From an uncultured Verrucomicrobiota bacterium (GTDB lineage: Bacteria > Verrucomicrobiota > Verrucomicrobiia > Limisphaerales > UBA1100): a DNA stretch of 64,000 bases. The translations under genes were made by a program, and so were the position numbers. Below are positions 59,981-64,000 of the stretch, piece by piece; within the stretch, counting starts at the first letter, position 1; the number at the start of each line of letters is the position of its first letter. The DNA lies in contig CACDBG010000002.1 in the NCBI GenBank assembly GCA_902551155.1, positions 6,914 through 70,913 of the forward strand, in the 5' to 3' direction. The notes beneath the pieces were generated by a model, which searched no databases, was not told the DNA's origin, and worked only from the letters and a program-made list of their open reading frames with translations.

Positions 59981-61272
59981 TATTTTTATTGCTTGCTACG
60001 CTCGTTCCTTTTCTGGTTTTTGCCAAGTCGCCCAATATTGTCTACATCATTTCTGACGACCACACCTGGACTGACTACGGTTTTATGGGGCACAAGATTA
60101 TAGAGACCCCCCATATTGATAAACTTGCAAAGGAGAGCCTAACCTACACCCACGGTTATGTGCCCAGTAGCCTGTGTTGCCCTTCATTAGCCACGATGAT
60201 TACAGGCTTATATCCCCATCAAAACAAGATCACGGGCAATGAGCCGCCAATTCCTGCAGAAGGCAAACGCTCCGCCGAATATGCCAAACGTTTTGCTGAG
60301 CAGGTGGCGCTAATCGACAAAGGGCCGTCGCTTCCCCGAATCCTCAAAGCAAAAGGTTACGTGAGTCATCAAAGCGGTAAATGGTGGCAGGGGCATTACT
60401 CCCGCGGAGGCTTTACTCACGGCATGACTCATGGTGACCCAAAACGTGGGGGCAGGCATGGCGACGAGGGCTTACGCATTGGCAGAGAAGGAATGAAGCC
60501 CATCTTCGATTTCATCGAAGAAGCAAAAGATAAACCTTTCTTTATTTGGTATGCACCTTTTCTACCTCATACCCCCCACAACCCGCCCAAACGATTGTTT
60601 GACAAGTATGCTGCCAAGGTGGATTCGCCGCATATTGCCCGCTACTATGCCATGGTGGAATGGTTTGATGAAACAGTAGGTCAATTGGTGGGTCATATCG
60701 ATGAAAAGGGTCTCGGTAAAGACACCATCTTTATTTATGTCACTGATAACGGTTGGATTCAGAACCCCAATGCTCGTGGTTATGACATGAAGAGCAAGCG
60801 AAGCCAGTATGATGGGGGCACGCGTACACCTATCATGGTGCGCTGGCCAGGCAAGGTGAAACCGGCCATGTCCCCCGCGCCTGTTTCCAGTATCGACATG
60901 GTTCCGACGGTTCTCAAGGCAGTGGGCCTCAAGCCAACTAAGGATATGCACGGGCTGGATTTACTCGATGAAAAAACCATTAACGCGCGTAAGTTTTTGT
61001 ATGGAGAAATCTTCCTGCATAATGCAGTAGGCACCCATAACCCCGCAAAGAATCTAACTTACCGGTGGGGCATTCAAGATGGCTGGAAACTTATTCTGCC
61101 ACATAAGGAAAATGTAACGACAAGAGCAGGGAAGGGGGCAAAAGGAACTGGCGAGACAGAGCTCTATCATTTAGCAAAAGACCCTTTTGAAACAAAGAAT
61201 TTAGCCAAGGTAAATAGTGGAAAAGTTGCTGAATTGCGCAAACAAATCAATGCTGTGTGGGATGCAAAGTAA
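59981..61272 (+). CDS. Sulfatase family protein (S1 arylsulfatase fold), secreted, with an atypical CxPxL active-site motif.
   Basis: Signal peptide MHRVFLLLATLVPFLVFA. NIVYIISDDHTWTDYG (metal-binding DD) and LCCPSLATMITG in place of C-x-P-S-R-x-x-x-x-T-G. Confidence 0.88.
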
Positions 61273-61288
61273 GCCTCCAGTAACAACT

Positions 61289-61852
61289 CTAAAACACCGT
61301 CACGTGCAGCTTTGAGAAATTACCCGACATTCGGGAGTATTCCAAAACCAAAGAAAGCTTTGATTCTGTGCCGTGGCATTCAAATGAAAATTTAGAAGTT
61401 CTTTTAATCGGGCCAAGCTTAGCCTCCGTTCCTACGGAATGAGTTCCGGGGGCTATATCGATATTAAGAATTACTCCTTTGATAAAAGAAAATTTCGTTA
61501 TCGGATTATCATTCAAAAAAAGCTGTACTTCGCTATCAATCATCATCCATTCGCCGGGAAAGGTGATCTCAGCAGGCACTTCACCTTTTTGTGGCCCCGT
61601 CTCAAGCACAGGCGGCAAATCATCAATCTCAAAGGAATTTTTCGATGCCTCGTTGAGCACTGGTGGGTCATTAGGTTGATGTCCTTGAAGTAATTGGCCT
61701 AAGGGCATCACGTTGTCCGGGTTGCTGCCTACCCATGCACTGTCTTCAGTAAATAATGTATTATCAGTCAAAAAACCTTCTAACCTGATCCACTGAATAT
61801 GGGCCGCCTGTCCGTCCATTACGACTGATGTAAACTTGCACAAAGCGAACAT
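61289..61852 (-). CDS. Hypothetical protein with no recognisable family.
   Basis: 187-aa ORF with no signal peptide. It is convergent with the sulfatase gene and lies downstream of metG. Confidence 0.5.
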   Translation of the reverse strand: MFALCKFTSVVMDGQAAHIQWIRLEGFLTDNTLFTEDSAWVGSNPDNVMPLGQLLQGHQPNDPPVLNEASKNSFEIDDLPPVLETGPQKGEVPAEITFPGEWMMIDSEVQLFLNDNPITKFSFIKGVILNIDIAPGTHSVGTEAKLGPIKRTSKFSFECHGTESKLSLVLEYSRMSGNFSKLHVTVF

Positions 61853-61913
61853 AGTTACTAAATTTTTATTAGTAAATATGGTTTTTTTTATATATTTAAA
61901 ATATATAGCGTGC

Positions 61914-63422
61914 CTACTTATCCCTTCGAGGAAATAGTGCTTCTGGTTTATTGGCCTTATGTCCTGTTGTGAGTTCGCCCCATCCGGATTGAGCGATATT
62001 AACGGTATCTTCGGGCAAATTCAGTTGCCCCATAATCCGGTGACTGGTAGTGGGCAGGTAAGGTTGGAGCCAAACCGCCAATAAACGACAGCTTTCGGCT
62101 AAGTTATAGAGTACTTCATCCAACCGGGCAGCTTGGCTGGGGTCTTTGGCCATCTTAAAAGGCGCTGTCTCATCAACATACTGATTTAAGCGCGCGATAT
62201 AACCCCAGATAGTCATTAATCCTGCCTGTAATTCATTAGCCCGTAAATGCTCCACCAGTTTATCGCGAGCTTCTGTAGCGTCATTGGCCAATTCATCATG
62301 AGCTTCAGGTACAACCCCGTCCCGATACCGGCCAAGCATTGAAAGGGATCGGTTGATAAGATTTCCCAAACCATTAGCTAACTCTGCGCCGTAGCGTGCG
62401 GCAAATCCTTCGTCAGTCCAATTGCCATCGGGCCCTATGTCCAGTTCGCGTACCACATAATAGCGAAAGGCATCCAACCCCCATTCATCAATGACGGCAA
62501 CCGGATCCACCACGTTACCAGTGCTTTTGCTCATTTTCTGGTTATCCTTTTGCCACCAGCCATGAACCAGTATCTGCTTGGGTATCTCCAAGTTTGCAGC
62601 CCTAAGCATGATAGGCCAATAAACGGCGTGAAACTTTAAGATATCTTTTCCAATTACGTGAATATCCGCAGGCCACAACTCTGATTCTTTACCTAAGGCT
62701 CGCGGGATACTGAGGTAGTTGGTCAAAGCATCAAACCAGACGTATGTAACATAGTCTGAATCAAAGGGTAGGGGGATGCCCCATGACAACCTTTCTTTTG
62801 GTCTGCTAATACAAAGATCCTCAAGTTTTTCATTTTTCAGAAAGCCAAGGACTTCGTTGCGACGGTTATCGGGCGCGACAAAATTAGGATTAGCCTCAAT
62901 GTGCTCAATGAGCCATTGCTGATATTGGCCGAGCTTGAAGTAGTAATTATTTTCCCTAAGCTCCTGTACTTCACCATAGATTGGGTCAAATTCCCCATTG
63001 TCGTTTCTATCTTTTTCTGTAAGGAAAGATTCCTGTTTTGCCGAGTAAAACCCCACGTACTCTTTTTGGTAAAATTCTCCCTTGTCATATAGTCCTTGAA
63101 GGATATCGGCGACTACAGTTTTGTGCCGTTCTTCAGTGGTTCGAACAAAATCTCCATTGGATAGTCCTAGCTTTATTGCAAAGGCTTGCCAATCGTTAGC
63201 CAAGTTATTGCAATAGTCCTGTGCATTTTGGCCATTGTCTTCTGCTGCTTGCTGAACTTTTTGGCCATGCTCGTCGAGTCCTGTTAGATAAAATGATTCA
63301 CTTCCCAGGCAGTGTTGCGATCGGGCAATAACGTCAGTAATTATCTTCTCGTATGCATGGCCCAGATGAGGCTGGCCGTTTACGTAATCAATAGCTGTAG
63401 TAATGTAGAACTGCTTGTTCAA
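61914..63422 (-). CDS. metG: Methionine--tRNA ligase (short form without the C-terminal tRNA-binding domain).
   Basis: The HIGH-type motif is QPHLGHAYEKI and the KMSKS motif is present (DNQKMSKSTGN). TTG start. Confidence 0.94.
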   Translation of the reverse strand: MNKQFYITTAIDYVNGQPHLGHAYEKIITDVIARSQHCLGSESFYLTGLDEHGQKVQQAAEDNGQNAQDYCNNLANDWQAFAIKLGLSNGDFVRTTEERHKTVVADILQGLYDKGEFYQKEYVGFYSAKQESFLTEKDRNDNGEFDPIYGEVQELRENNYYFKLGQYQQWLIEHIEANPNFVAPDNRRNEVLGFLKNEKLEDLCISRPKERLSWGIPLPFDSDYVTYVWFDALTNYLSIPRALGKESELWPADIHVIGKDILKFHAVYWPIMLRAANLEIPKQILVHGWWQKDNQKMSKSTGNVVDPVAVIDEWGLDAFRYYVVRELDIGPDGNWTDEGFAARYGAELANGLGNLINRSLSMLGRYRDGVVPEAHDELANDATEARDKLVEHLRANELQAGLMTIWGYIARLNQYVDETAPFKMAKDPSQAARLDEVLYNLAESCRLLAVWLQPYLPTTSHRIMGQLNLPEDTVNIAQSGWGELTTGHKANKPEALFPRRDK

Positions 63423-63509
63423 AGGGGAGGTTTTTAACTAACGCTGGATAAACAGGCAAGACAGCACTATTTTATCGCATTTTTAACTTAATTTTGGCAT
63501 TGAAACCGC

Positions 63510-64000
63510 ATGCGATTTTGGACTCTTGGTTTGACCGTTTGCTCGGTGTTGGCCTTTGCGATGAGTTCCTATGCACAGAATAAGCCTAAAAAAAAGAAGC
63601 CAGTTGTTAAGGCCACAAAATGGGATGAAATGGACATCGGGTCGTTTCAGTCCTATGGGCTTGAAACAACCCTCGAAGGAAAATTATGGAGGCCAGCGCT
63701 CAAAGGGCTGAATATCAAACTCAGCGAAAATGCATCAGTCTGTTTTGATACCGAGCGTTTAAGGATGTCTGCCGGTTGGACTGGAGGCTTCATTAAATTG
63801 CCAACAGGTCGTGACGGGTTGCAGGGCGTGCCTACGATTACTGGTAGTTTGGCGTTTCGCACACAGATGGTTCCCGGTTGGTCTGGCCCTAAGGGCGAGT
63901 GGGCTGAACCTAATCCGCCAGTTTTTAACCGTAATGATGTTTATTCCAAAGGTCCTCTGCCCCGTAATTGGGCTAAGTGGCGCGGGCACTATACCCATGG
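63510..64000 (+). CDS. N-terminal part of a large secreted PVC-type protein (DUF6797-like / membrane-bound-dehydrogenase or heme-binding family). It runs off the 3' edge and is absent from the ORF track.
   Basis: The ATG at 63510 opens a frame that stays open to the window end. MRFWTLGLTVCSVLAFAMSSYAQ is a signal peptide. WDEMDIGSFQSY ... VCFDTERLRMSAGWTGGFIKL resembles the N-termini of these proteins. Confidence 0.65.
   Translation, partial: MRFWTLGLTVCSVLAFAMSSYAQNKPKKKKPVVKATKWDEMDIGSFQSYGLETTLEGKLWRPALKGLNIKLSENASVCFDTERLRMSAGWTGGFIKLPTGRDGLQGVPTITGSLAFRTQMVPGWSGPKGEWAEPNPPVFNRNDVYSKGPLPRNWAKWRGHYTH

Overview
The window is a mostly housekeeping chromosomal stretch of about 55 protein genes on both strands. 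I saw no rRNA, tRNA, CRISPR array, transposase or integrase. Gene content suggests a bacterium of the PVC superphylum, probably Verrucomicrobiota-like, but this is inference only. The supporting genes are a sulfatase, a secreted prenyltransferase/squalene-oxidase-repeat protein, a GldA/GldF-GldG/DUF4340 cluster, a long SecDF fusion, and the N-terminus of a PVC-style giant secreted protein at the 3' edge. Recognisable genes include an RND pump, MFS, folB, proS, tgt-yajC-secDF, terC, recJ, ispD, ctp, tsaD, cysK, rho, a WYL regulator, smc, trxB, hisB/hisH/hisG (dispersed), an ECF sigma/anti-sigma pair, gyrB-gyrA, glgP, rlmN, sod, purN, rarA and metG. I did not find a clear-cut complete novel system such as a defence island. 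The items most worth a second look are listed here. (1) Two envelope transporter genes (the RND pump and the GldF-GldG fusion) are each broken by a +1 frameshift inside a G8 or G9 homopolymer, while a G8 run in gyrA and all A/T runs of 8-9 nt checked are in frame. (2) A roughly 500-bp hairpin-dense non-coding region upstream of cysK matches none of the universal RNAs I could test by eye. (3) A divergent intergenic region carries two mutually exclusive terminator-like hairpins and a 17-codon uORF upstream of a sulfatase whose CxPxR motif reads CxPxL. (4) An uncharacterised operon encodes two membrane-anchored coiled-coil proteins plus an unlisted small lipoprotein downstream of the GldA/FG/DUF4340 cluster. 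(5) A translationally coupled amidohydrolase pair has three amidohydrolase-fold modules, only one with an intact HxH motif. (6) The periplasmic domain of SecF is internally duplicated. (7) Rho lacks the N-terminal helix bundle. Three CDSs missing from the ORF track were recovered by reading the sequence: a 31-aa basic peptide, a 55-aa lipoprotein and the 3'-edge partial gene. All functional calls rest on motif and family recognition by eye; no searches were run.
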